From the NCBI GenBank assembly GCA_048594725.1, contig JBMDXA010000018.1, positions 10,055 through 74,054 of the forward strand: a DNA stretch of 64,000 bases. The letters are read 5' to 3'. Origin of the DNA: Candidatus Kapaibacteriota bacterium. Its GTDB lineage: Bacteria > Bacteroidota > Ignavibacteria > OLB7. How positions within the stretch are numbered: position 1 is the stretch's first letter; each line of letters starts with the position of its first letter. A program made the translations under genes and the position numbers. Below are positions 51,114 to 60,364 of this stretch, one piece after another. The notes under the pieces were generated by a model. The model saw only the letters and a program-made list of their open reading frames with translations. It did not search any database and was not told the origin of the DNA.

Positions 51114-51164
51114 AGCTTCGCCGGGCGATGTTGCTTCACCCCACTGTACCACACTTCCATAGTT

Positions 51165-51192
51165 GTCTTCTATAGCTACCGGGATCATTCCA
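51165..51192. other. Perfect 11-bp-stem hairpin between T9SS cargo genes
   Basis: GCTACCGGGAT-cattcc-ATCCCGGTAGC, followed by AT-rich sequence without a clean U-tract. Confidence 0.35.
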
Positions 51193-51238
51193 TCCCGGTA
51201 GCAACTTCCTATATGTATATATAATTAATGAGGAATCT

Positions 51239-54200
51239 ATGAGAACCTACCGTAGCAGGAGGCACGACAGAATAATCCTGTTGCTCCTGATGCTGCCACT
51301 GGTGCTACCGCTGGTATTTTGCCCTGCGACAGCACAAACATCTCCAGCACCGATCGTACCGATGCACGGCGTTGGAGATGATGAATTCCTTATCAGTTCC
51401 AATGTAGCTACCTATCCGGATTCCGGAGGAATCGGAAAACTCTGGGAGTTCGCCAGAGCGATGGGAATAAGCACGCTGATGCCTGGAGCAAGCGTCAATC
51501 AGATCGATACACTGGTCAATGACACATTGGAGGCATCGAAGAATCGGCTGATTATCCGTGGCATCGATCCGGTGCAGCTTGCGGGAGCCGGGCGCGAGGT
51601 GCAGTTCTATCCGTTCGATTCGGTGCAGGTACCGTTATATAAATGGCTCTTTACGGATAGAAGCGGCGGTACAGATTTATATAATGCATTGAACGACCCG
51701 GAGAGGTCCCCTGTACGTGAACGAGAGTACAATAGCTCCAATACCATCCCGGGCCAGCTGATCCTAAAAGATATCGTGTACGACTGGCGGCCCTGGCAGA
51801 CCAACCGCTTTCCGGCTTTTGCACATGATTCAACGGCACACAATGCCAGTGATTTTATCGAATGGTACCGCTATCGCTGGCAGACTAATAGTAACAAGCC
51901 TACTTTCAATATTGTCGTAACCGGACATATACTTGATAATGGTTCTGCGGATGAGGAGGATAGTCTACTCAAGATCGAGATAATTTATGAGATCCCCGCA
52001 GGAATGCAATATCAGATCCCTGCTGGAGTGCCTCATCTGGCGGAGACTGATACATCATATCTCTATACTACTGCATATGTCAAAAAAGCATCTCTAGCGC
52101 CCCTCTTCAGCTCTACTCCAAACTATAATGAGTACCGCGACACCTCCATCGCCATAGACTTTGCGCAGTGTGCGGGATGCCCTCCCGGGCCGATGTATGG
52201 CCCCAATGAATCCCGCCGTTTCAACCTGCGTGTGTACTGGACAGGCGCCGAGGCAGTTGCCCTGCGAAGCATCGCACTTCGTGATTCGATCGGGGAGCTT
52301 GTGATGGGCAACCGCCAGCCAAGCGTCGATTTCAGGGCAAGCATGCTGAATGCCGCGCGCCGCGTGGTGTATGGAACGACCACACCGGACAGCACCGCCG
52401 AGCCGCGACAGACGATCCTCCGTATCATGAGCGGCATCGAGCAGCATCCCATGGAGTCATCCATGTTCGCGGCCGTCGAAGATCTGCTCCGTAAAAACCT
52501 GCGAACCGGATTTGCGCCGGGCGACAGCATTTCCTGCCACACCGAGGGGGGAACCAGTACGCCTGGCGTCCCGACCTTCCATCATATCACATATTCCGAT
52601 GCGGTATTTCCGGAGATCGGTCTGGCCACCCCTATCGATACCTCCACCTACTATGCCGGAAACGGCCACTCATACTTACAGGCCACCTACAAGCTGGAGA
52701 ATGTAAGGCTCCCATCGATCGCACAGCACAACGGCAACCGGTTTCAGATCCCTCTGCTGAACCTCACCCGCCAGGCGATCGAGTCAGACTATGAGCCCGC
52801 CCTCCAGATCAACAAATTCGGCCATTACGATCCGCGCTATCCATACGATTTTCCCTATCCCTGGAAAGCCGACGTCATGAACCTGGGACAGGGCGCCGAG
52901 ATCATGCGCGACAAAGGGCGCCGCATGATCTCCACGGTGTTTCCTACCTGCGAGCTTCATCTGCGCGTCAAGAAGTCCGGCGATCCCCTGGATACGATGA
53001 TGACTCACACGCCGGAGGCAGCGGAGCTGCGCGCAATGGTCAATCTGAGCCTCTGTTACGGGGCACGCGGCATCCATTATTACTGGCTCGGCAACTACAC
53101 AAACTATATGTACCGCTCGCCGGTCGATAGCAATCTCTGGATAGGCGTCAACGATTCATGGGGCCCGAACGGTCCCCTCACCAATGATACGCTTCTCGAC
53201 TGGTCTCCGGCATTTCATCTCACTGATAATATTCCAACCCCAACCTACCCGAACGGCACTCCCCGGGTGACGCTCAATAATTTCTATGTAGGCTACCGTG
53301 TCCGCACGCGTGAACTCAGGAAGATCAACTCCTGGCTTGCCGAGATCGGACCGGAGATGGCGAAACTGCGCTGGCGCGATGCCTATAGTATGCATGCGGC
53401 GGTCAGGCATCCGAACATGGACTCTCCGAATATGATGACCCGACCGCTTCCCAACGGGGAAATCGTAACAGGGATACAAACCTTTTCGCCGGATGGTACG
53501 CCCGACACCACCTATGCCACATACGTGGAACTTGGTTTGTTCGAAACCCAGCTCGGCCGCGACACCTCCCTGATCGACAGCTCCGTCACATTGAATCCGT
53601 TGAAGGATGTCAATCATATTTTCGTGGTCAACCGCCGCACGTTCGAACGTCCGGAGGATATCTCCGCGGCAAGCGACAGCGGGCGCACGATGGATTCGCT
53701 GGCAGAGACCCGCACGATTCGTATCGGTTTCAACCTCAGGCACCCGGATACTACCCAGTATAATTTTATACGCGTCAGAGAAGTGGTTCCTGATACCCTG
53801 CCCCTCGCTCTTACGGGAACTAGCCGCCGCTGGTCCCTGGACACGGTCGTTCATGACAATGGGGTTGTTGACCTCACCTTGCGCCCGGGAGGCGGTGCTC
53901 TGCTGCGCATCACCTACTGCCCCCCGGATACCAGCATTGTCAACGGCGACCTTCAGACGAACAGCCAGCGCAAGCTCCTGTACTTCAACGATCGCTATCA
54001 TATGGTCTTCTGGCGCAAGTCGCCCGGGCCTCCCGCCAAGGACACGGTTCTGTACCGCCGCTCCCTACGCACCAGCCAGTGCTGCGGAGCAATCCTCTGG
54101 GAACCGAAGGAGTACGTGGTCAGCCCCAGAAACCCCTCCGACTCTACCTTTGCCAACGACTGCTATCCATCGCTGACCGCTCGCAACATCAATGGAGATA

Positions 54201-56125
54201 CCGTTGTCACCGTGGTCTGGACCAACAGGAATACAGCCGTGCCCGACCCGCGGCGTTATATCTGGATGCGCAACATCCTCGTCAACGAGGGAGAGCCGCA
54301 AGTGAGCGGCAAGACGATGGTCGCACGCTATCGCGGAATCGATCCGCAGCAATGGGGAACGCCGGTCGTCTCCTCGGCTCATGGAGGCGATATCATTGCC
54401 TGGAGCGATAGCTCCGTCGGCATCGTGGCAGCAGTCCGGAAACTGGATGCCGGCGTCAACGGCTGGTCGCGTAGCGGGCAGCTCAGCCGATTGGACTCGG
54501 CCAGCTTGTACGATCCCAGCTACGGCGGCGGCTTCGACATGTTCCCGACGATGCCGGCATTCACCCACGTCCGCTCGCTTGATTCCAATGTCGGCATGGC
54601 ATGGCAACGGATCTTCCCGGTCTCCGAGCCTCCCATCAGCGGCATCATGTACATGCGCCTGGAGCATGCCGACAGCACCATTACCGGGCGCGACTCCCTT
54701 ATCAATCACAATTATACCTGGCTCAGCACCACCAGCGAACGTGCATTCCATCCATCGATGGATATGGCCCAGGGCATCTGGAACAACGTCTATGAAGGGG
54801 TAACCTGGGAAAGCCTGGAGCCGGCAACGAGCAGTCCGGGGGGATGGGACACCTGGTTGAACTTCCGCAGCCTCTGGACCCCCACCAACGAACGGGATGG
54901 ATGGGACCGGATAGATCCGACCTGGTTGTGGGGGCTTGCACAGTTACGCGTGGCCGAGGATCAGACCTGGTCGCTGGCGCATCCTTATCTGCTGCCGAAC
55001 ACCTCATCGACAAACTCTGTGTATGATTCGGATGACTCGAATGAGTCACTTATTTTCTCGGTGGCCTACGTCGATCCGGCGGGAGGAATGCGCCAGGCGA
55101 AAATCAAGTTCTCGGAGGTGAACTTCCAGGACGATGCACCGCAGTATTATGCCTTCGGAGGCAAACACCCGAATGGCTCGGCTTCAACTCTCCGTCAGCC
55201 GAAACGCCATGCGGTGATCTACGAGTCACTGGAGCCGGGGGGAAAGCATCTGCGCAGCACCCGGGAATTCTTTCCGAAGATGCGCCCGCAAGATTATATG
55301 GCTAGCGGGCGGCGAGCAGCACTACTGCTGGACACCTCCGCACACACCGGAATTTCAGTCATGCTGCACGATCCCTGGAAAGCAGATCCATCCGGCGCAG
55401 GGGGAATCAAGATGGCGGTTCGCGGCTTCCAGGACTCGGTGCCGGTGCAGAACCTGACACAGATGTCGGAGTTGCTGCGCACCGGATACTTCCATTCATA
55501 CGACAGCACCGTGCTGGGGCTGGAACTGTCCGGGCACTACTTCGGGGACTATAATCGTGCACCCGACGCCACGCTGACGGCTGTTGCGGAACTTGTCGAC
55601 TCGGCAACACACAATGTTATCTGCCAGTTGGACTCGTTTACGATCTCGGCGGCAACACCGACATATGGAGTACGCCTGGAGCCGACGCTCGATCTTCTGA
55701 GCGGCACATACTACGTGCGGCTGCGGATCGACACCAGCGGTATCACCGGAGAGATAGGTCCCGAAGGAGTACGGTATTCGGTGGCAGAGGTGGCAAGCGA
55801 GGTACGAGCGGAGATGGCAGGCAAGCTGCGCCGCGTGGATCGCTCGGCCGATGCCGGAAGGATTTCGGTCTGGCCGAACCCGGCCAGCGGATCGGCGGAA
55901 ATACAATTCTCGGTGCCAACTGCCGCAACGACATCGGTGACGATCTACGATGCCGGCGGCCGCCAGGTATTCCGTCCGGTGGAGTCGGCACCGATGGAGC
56001 CGGGACGGTACTCCATTCTCACGGATCTCTCCTCCCTTCCGGGCGGAACGTATCTTCTGGAATTGAACTACACAACTGGAACAACGGTTCGCCGCGCCGT
56101 GGGCAAGATGGTAATAACCCGGTAG
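51239..56125 (+). CDS. Very large (1628 aa) secreted protein of unknown function with Por/T9SS-type C-terminal domain
   Basis: Signal peptide MRTYRSRRHDRIILLLLMLPLVLPLVFCPATAQ. No recognised catalytic motif. C-terminus ...GGTYLLELNYTTGTTVRRAVGKMVITR. The 5' roughly 1 kb is markedly lower in GC than the rest. Confidence 0.8.
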   Translation: MRTYRSRRHDRIILLLLMLPLVLPLVFCPATAQTSPAPIVPMHGVGDDEFLISSNVATYPDSGGIGKLWEFARAMGISTLMPGASVNQIDTLVNDTLEASKNRLIIRGIDPVQLAGAGREVQFYPFDSVQVPLYKWLFTDRSGGTDLYNALNDPERSPVREREYNSSNTIPGQLILKDIVYDWRPWQTNRFPAFAHDSTAHNASDFIEWYRYRWQTNSNKPTFNIVVTGHILDNGSADEEDSLLKIEIIYEIPAGMQYQIPAGVPHLAETDTSYLYTTAYVKKASLAPLFSSTPNYNEYRDTSIAIDFAQCAGCPPGPMYGPNESRRFNLRVYWTGAEAVALRSIALRDSIGELVMGNRQPSVDFRASMLNAARRVVYGTTTPDSTAEPRQTILRIMSGIEQHPMESSMFAAVEDLLRKNLRTGFAPGDSISCHTEGGTSTPGVPTFHHITYSDAVFPEIGLATPIDTSTYYAGNGHSYLQATYKLENVRLPSIAQHNGNRFQIPLLNLTRQAIESDYEPALQINKFGHYDPRYPYDFPYPWKADVMNLGQGAEIMRDKGRRMISTVFPTCELHLRVKKSGDPLDTMMTHTPEAAELRAMVNLSLCYGARGIHYYWLGNYTNYMYRSPVDSNLWIGVNDSWGPNGPLTNDTLLDWSPAFHLTDNIPTPTYPNGTPRVTLNNFYVGYRVRTRELRKINSWLAEIGPEMAKLRWRDAYSMHAAVRHPNMDSPNMMTRPLPNGEIVTGIQTFSPDGTPDTTYATYVELGLFETQLGRDTSLIDSSVTLNPLKDVNHIFVVNRRTFERPEDISAASDSGRTMDSLAETRTIRIGFNLRHPDTTQYNFIRVREVVPDTLPLALTGTSRRWSLDTVVHDNGVVDLTLRPGGGALLRITYCPPDTSIVNGDLQTNSQRKLLYFNDRYHMVFWRKSPGPPAKDTVLYRRSLRTSQCCGAILWEPKEYVVSPRNPSDSTFANDCYPSLTARNINGDTVVTVVWTNRNTAVPDPRRYIWMRNILVNEGEPQVSGKTMVARYRGIDPQQWGTPVVSSAHGGDIIAWSDSSVGIVAAVRKLDAGVNGWSRSGQLSRLDSASLYDPSYGGGFDMFPTMPAFTHVRSLDSNVGMAWQRIFPVSEPPISGIMYMRLEHADSTITGRDSLINHNYTWLSTTSERAFHPSMDMAQGIWNNVYEGVTWESLEPATSSPGGWDTWLNFRSLWTPTNERDGWDRIDPTWLWGLAQLRVAEDQTWSLAHPYLLPNTSSTNSVYDSDDSNESLIFSVAYVDPAGGMRQAKIKFSEVNFQDDAPQYYAFGGKHPNGSASTLRQPKRHAVIYESLEPGGKHLRSTREFFPKMRPQDYMASGRRAALLLDTSAHTGISVMLHDPWKADPSGAGGIKMAVRGFQDSVPVQNLTQMSELLRTGYFHSYDSTVLGLELSGHYFGDYNRAPDATLTAVAELVDSATHNVICQLDSFTISAATPTYGVRLEPTLDLLSGTYYVRLRIDTSGITGEIGPEGVRYSVAEVASEVRAEMAGKLRRVDRSADAGRISVWPNPASGSAEIQFSVPTAATTSVTIYDAGGRQVFRPVESAPMEPGRYSILTDLSSLPGGTYLLELNYTTGTTVRRAVGKMVITR

Positions 56126-56153
56126 TGAGTTTTCCCTGAAGGTGAATGCGATC

Positions 56154-56193
56154 AGCGCCGGACGACGGGCTATCAGTCCCGTTGTCCGGCGCT
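56154..56193. terminator. Long hairpin between convergent genes (bidirectional terminator candidate)
   Basis: AGCGCCGGACGACGGG-ctatcagt-CCCGTTGTCCGGCGCT (16-bp stem, one G-U pair) between the stop of the 1628-aa gene and the stop of the CHAP gene. Confidence 0.4.
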
Positions 56194-56232
56194 TCTATTG
56201 ATACTGCCGGTGGCCTCCATGGCGGGCACACG

Positions 56233-57108
56233 CTACACGAAAAGGCCGCTGTAATCGATGAAGCCCTTGTTGATGCTGGCGATCTTCCGCTGCTCGCGGC
56301 GGAACACCCCCACCCCTTCGCGCGAGCCGCCGTCGTTGGTGTTTCCTTCGATCGTCACCAGCTTGCCTCCCACGACCTTCTCCACGATGCCGGCATGACC
56401 TCGCCCGCCGCCGTAATCCATGATGAAGATGTGCCCCGGCTTCACCAGATGAGGATCGCCGGAGGCTTTTGCGGTGCTTATTCTGGGCACCTTCTTCGAT
56501 CCGGCACGGTTCCAGAGATCCAGCACGCCGGCGGTTCGTATCATCGGGTTCTGCAGCTCCAGCTCATCGGCCGCCTCCTGGAAGCAGTAGTAGACGAACG
56601 CCACGCACCACGCATAACTGCCGGAGGCGGGATTGAGCCCCACCGATTTTATGAACTTGTCCACCTGCGGACCACGGTTGGAGCCGGCGGGCCGCTCCAT
56701 CACCCCCACATGCGAACCGGCTATCTTCACCACCTTCACCAGCGGGCTTGCCGGGACCGGCTTCTCATCGGCGGGCACCGACTTCAGCCCGAAAAGCACT
56801 CCCCAGGTGATCGATCCTATCTGCCCGTCCACCTTCAGGGGCTGCCCGTCGGTATCGGGGAAACGCGCCTGGAAGAGCCGTACCGCCCCCTCGGTGTTCT
56901 TTCCGAAATCGCCATCCTCGTCGATCGGTCCCACCCCCGACTCGTTCAACCGGCGCTGCACGGCCATGACGATGGCCTTGTCCTTCTCTCCTTTCTTGAT
57001 AAGCCTGCCGGGATATGGCAGCGCGGGGGCACTGCTGCGGGTAACGATTGCGCCTGCAAGTCGTGGCATACCTGCTCCTTGGTGTACTACAATAGATGAT
57101 GGATGCAT
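56233..57108 (-). CDS. Peptidoglycan hydrolase: N-terminal PG-binding domain (PG_binding_1-like) + C-terminal CHAP domain; no signal peptide
   Basis: PG-binding-like GEKDKAIVMAVQRRLNESGVGPIDEDGDFGKNTEGAVRLFQ. CHAP region with catalytic Cys in GSYAWCVAFVYYCF and His in GHIFIMDYGGGRGHAGIV, then ...IEGNTN. The N-terminus MHPSS.../MPRLAGAIVTRSSAP has no hydrophobic signal sequence. Alternative start at the cat at 57067-57069. Confidence 0.8.
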   Translation of the reverse strand: MHPSSIVVHQGAGMPRLAGAIVTRSSAPALPYPGRLIKKGEKDKAIVMAVQRRLNESGVGPIDEDGDFGKNTEGAVRLFQARFPDTDGQPLKVDGQIGSITWGVLFGLKSVPADEKPVPASPLVKVVKIAGSHVGVMERPAGSNRGPQVDKFIKSVGLNPASGSYAWCVAFVYYCFQEAADELELQNPMIRTAGVLDLWNRAGSKKVPRISTAKASGDPHLVKPGHIFIMDYGGGRGHAGIVEKVVGGKLVTIEGNTNDGGSREGVGVFRREQRKIASINKGFIDYSGLFV

Positions 57109-57267
57109 TGTGGGGGGAACAACACGTATCGCCGCAATGATACAGCTATCGCACCGTGCAGGTCAATAGCGCCGGCGCCGGCGAAATCGATTCCCGGTTC
57201 GTACATTTGCCTCCTGTATCATGGCCCGGTTGCACTGGCGCAACCGGTTTCAATTATCGGAGACGAC

Positions 57268-57966
57268 ATGCGCGAAGTGGTTTTGCTTCTGGCTGCGGCC
57301 ACACTGTCATTGCTTCTACCATCCTGCGGCAAGGGGGATGATGCGCCGGAACGGACCCAGGGGGGCGACAGCACAACCGGACGCCCCGCTACCGGCACCG
57401 GAGGCGATCCGGTTCCGTTTGCGCAGATACGTATGCTCCCGTTCGACCTGAAGAACATTCCGCCGCACTATGACTACGACGGCGATGCGATCGGAGGGGC
57501 GCGCTGGAGCGATGCGAACGGAGAAAATGTGGTGATCGTCTCGATGAGTTCCGCACCGGCCGAGGAGGGAACCACACAGAATATATTCGGCTATCAGTAC
57601 GTGGGGACCGGAGCGTCCGTGCGGCGTCTCTGGAAAATTCAGGATGCCGCCGAGAACTGGTGCGACAAGGGGGACGGCCTGGTTTCCGGGATCACCGTAA
57701 AAGATCTGGATGGCAACGGCATCGCCGAAAATGCGTTCGTCTACAACGTGCAGGGCTCCTGCGATGTCTCCCCGCGCCCGTTTAAACTGATGCTCCACAG
57801 CGGCGAGACGAAATATGCACTGCGCGGCACCAACACCGTGCTGGCAAGCCAGGAGCCCGGCACCAAGCCGGATGGAGGAGAAAAGAATTTCGATCCGGCG
57901 TTCGATTCGGCGCCACCGGTTTTCCGGAAGTTCGCCTCGGAGATGTGGGACGAGCATGTGAAATAA
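57268..57966 (+). CDS. Hypothetical lipoprotein (divergent from the CHAP gene)
   Basis: MREVVLLLAAATLSLLLPSCGKGDD lipobox. Gly/Asp-rich mature region. No family recognised. Confidence 0.55.
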   Translation: MREVVLLLAAATLSLLLPSCGKGDDAPERTQGGDSTTGRPATGTGGDPVPFAQIRMLPFDLKNIPPHYDYDGDAIGGARWSDANGENVVIVSMSSAPAEEGTTQNIFGYQYVGTGASVRRLWKIQDAAENWCDKGDGLVSGITVKDLDGNGIAENAFVYNVQGSCDVSPRPFKLMLHSGETKYALRGTNTVLASQEPGTKPDGGEKNFDPAFDSAPPVFRKFASEMWDEHVK

Positions 57967-58065
57967 GCGAGCGATTCCGGTGCTGTGCCGCCGCTTGCGC
58001 CCCAGGATGACAGACACCCCGATGGCAATTCACACTTCGGACAACTACGCTCTGAAATGCCATAT

Positions 58066-60312
58066 CTATTTCGCCACAACCATCGGACGCGACTCCACGG
58101 TGCCTGCGGTGCTCAGGCGGCAATAATAGACTCCGGCGGGAAGCCCTTCCGCATCAAACCGGATCTGATGCTCACCAGCGGAAAAATCACCCTCGGCGGG
58201 GCGTGCAACTTCACGACCCAGAAGATCATGCAGGGTTATCACCACAGGGCCGGCCACCGGAATTTCGAACGGAATGATCGCCGAGGATGAAACCGGATTC
58301 GGATGACTTTCGCCAAGCCTGCTCATCCCCGCATCCCTCCGGCCGGGCCCCGGCACGCCCATCACATAATAGGCGCTTTTGAACAGGCCATATCCGGAAA
58401 TGGATAGATAGAGATTACCATCCCCTCCCAGCACGGCATGGTGGCCGACATTCATATACCCATCCGGCAGCCCATCCTCCAGAGGAGCCCACGTACTGCC
58501 CGAGCCCAACCACCCATACATCCTGCCGTTACGAGCCACCCCGAATATCTGCTGCCTCCATCGCGGCGTAATGGCGGTTACCGGCCCATCGGCCCAGGGA
58601 ATACGCTCCCAGGTTTTCCCATCATCATGCGAACGTATGATCTCCTCGGCGGTTTCGTATTCAAGGACGTCACCGTTGCGGCGCAACTCGCTGGAATGAG
58701 GCGGCATGCTGTCGCCGGCAATGGCCCAGTGCTCCCCCCCGTCACTGGAAGCGTAGAGCTTCGTATCGCCGGATTTACGTCCGTCCACGATAGGCTCTCC
58801 AACCACCAGCGGTACCGAGTTCGGCCCCGCGAGGATCGATGAGGCCAGAACACCATCCATCACCTGCCGCCAGGTTACCCCCGCATCGGTGGTGCGAAAA
58901 ATCCCGCCGCTGGCATGCCCCGCATCATCGGCCGTCCCGGCAGTAGCAAGCGCTTCATTTCCATTGCCCGCCCATACGGCCTGTACCCCCCAGGGGAGCC
59001 TCGCGGTATTCCAGATCGTGCTCCCATAGGGCTTGTACAGAACCGTCCCCGAATCTCCCTTCTTCTCCGGATCGAGCCCCGCTACGAAACGTCTCGCAAA
59101 GCTGCTGACAACGGATTTCCCGATACCGATATGGCTCCAGGTCCGGCCGCCATCGGTGGAATGAACGAGATCATGACGGGTTTCGGCGCTATCAGGAGAG
59201 GATAGTTCCACTCTCTCCCGCTCGGCGAATATATCCGCCGACTCGGCGGCATGAATAATCCGGGCGATGGTGTCGTTCAGAAGCGTGGTCCGGCCGAGAC
59301 CATGAGAATAGAGCTTCCCGTGCGACGCAACATAGACACCCTGCGGGCCGGGAGCGGAATCGATCTGCACGGAATAATTGCTCAGACCGGAATCGATTTC
59401 CGTCCACGTCAGCCCCCCGTCATCGGAACGGGAGAGAGTCCGATGCCCGGAAAGAAAAAGAGTCCCGTTTCTGCCGGGGAAAATTCGCTCCGCTCCGGCA
59501 ACCGCAAGCTTCATCCAGGTAGCACCGTTATCGGTGGAACGATAGAGTCCGTTCCCTGCGATATTGAACGGCCACGGATCGTTGACGACCATCACAAGAT
59601 CGCTCCCCTCAAGTGCGACAATCCGGGTGGCGAACAGGGTGGCAACGCTGCTCCAGGTGGCCCCGCCATCGGCGGAACGATGAACCGCAGTATTGCCCGC
59701 CACCAGCATCGTCCCATTTTCCGTGACGGCCACGGACCTCACATTATTCCAGGAGGCGGGAAAATTCGTCTCCGGGGCCCAGGTAGCGCCGCTATCGGCG
59801 GAAGCGGATATTCCGCTCCGTGTCACCTTATAGACCAGGCCGTTTTTTCCGCGGACAATGTGAGTGATCTTTGGGGTACTGCCGAGTTCCCACGATTTCC
59901 CGCCATCGGTGGAACGGTCCAGAAGATTCCCGCCTGCCTGCAAGAACACTTCCCCTCCGGCATGCGCTATTGCCGTTATCCGCAGATCAGCGCCGACCAG
60001 GGACCAGCCATAGCCCCCATCAGTGACAGAGAAGAGCAGATCCTGTCTGGAATCTCTGGCGATCATGTTTCCTTTTTCGGAGATCACCAGCTCGTCAATG
60101 CTGTGGGAGCTTATCAGATACCAGCTCTTCCCGGCATCGTCGGAGCGGTAGACGCCCATCCCGGATGAGGCGAAAAGAGTCCCGTCAGAAGCGGACGCAA
60201 CGGAGGTGATCGTTCCGTCCCGGAATTCCTGGACCGGCAGCCAGAACCCCTGGGCCTTGAGAACGCCGCCCCACAGGAGCATAGGAAGCAGGAGAAATGC
60301 AATACGTCTCAT
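58066..60312 (-). CDS. BNR/Asp-box repeat beta-propeller protein with Por/T9SS-type C-terminal domain
   Basis: Signal peptide MRRIAFLLLPMLLWGGVLKAQ. At least 10 S/TxDxGxTW Asp-box motifs (SDDAGKSW, STDGGKSW, SADSGATW, SADGGATW, STDNGATW, SDDGGLTW, STDGGRTW, TTDAGVTW, SSDGGEHW, SHDDGKTW). C-terminus ...GVYYCRLSTAGTVESRPMVVAK. Confidence 0.85.
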   Translation of the reverse strand: MRRIAFLLLPMLLWGGVLKAQGFWLPVQEFRDGTITSVASASDGTLFASSGMGVYRSDDAGKSWYLISSHSIDELVISEKGNMIARDSRQDLLFSVTDGGYGWSLVGADLRITAIAHAGGEVFLQAGGNLLDRSTDGGKSWELGSTPKITHIVRGKNGLVYKVTRSGISASADSGATWAPETNFPASWNNVRSVAVTENGTMLVAGNTAVHRSADGGATWSSVATLFATRIVALEGSDLVMVVNDPWPFNIAGNGLYRSTDNGATWMKLAVAGAERIFPGRNGTLFLSGHRTLSRSDDGGLTWTEIDSGLSNYSVQIDSAPGPQGVYVASHGKLYSHGLGRTTLLNDTIARIIHAAESADIFAERERVELSSPDSAETRHDLVHSTDGGRTWSHIGIGKSVVSSFARRFVAGLDPEKKGDSGTVLYKPYGSTIWNTARLPWGVQAVWAGNGNEALATAGTADDAGHASGGIFRTTDAGVTWRQVMDGVLASSILAGPNSVPLVVGEPIVDGRKSGDTKLYASSDGGEHWAIAGDSMPPHSSELRRNGDVLEYETAEEIIRSHDDGKTWERIPWADGPVTAITPRWRQQIFGVARNGRMYGWLGSGSTWAPLEDGLPDGYMNVGHHAVLGGDGNLYLSISGYGLFKSAYYVMGVPGPGRRDAGMSRLGESHPNPVSSSAIIPFEIPVAGPVVITLHDLLGREVARPAEGDFSAGEHQIRFDAEGLPAGVYYCRLSTAGTVESRPMVVAK

Positions 60313-60364
60313 AATGCTCTCGATGAATAATAGTGCATGGGACTACAAATACATGTGCACCCAT

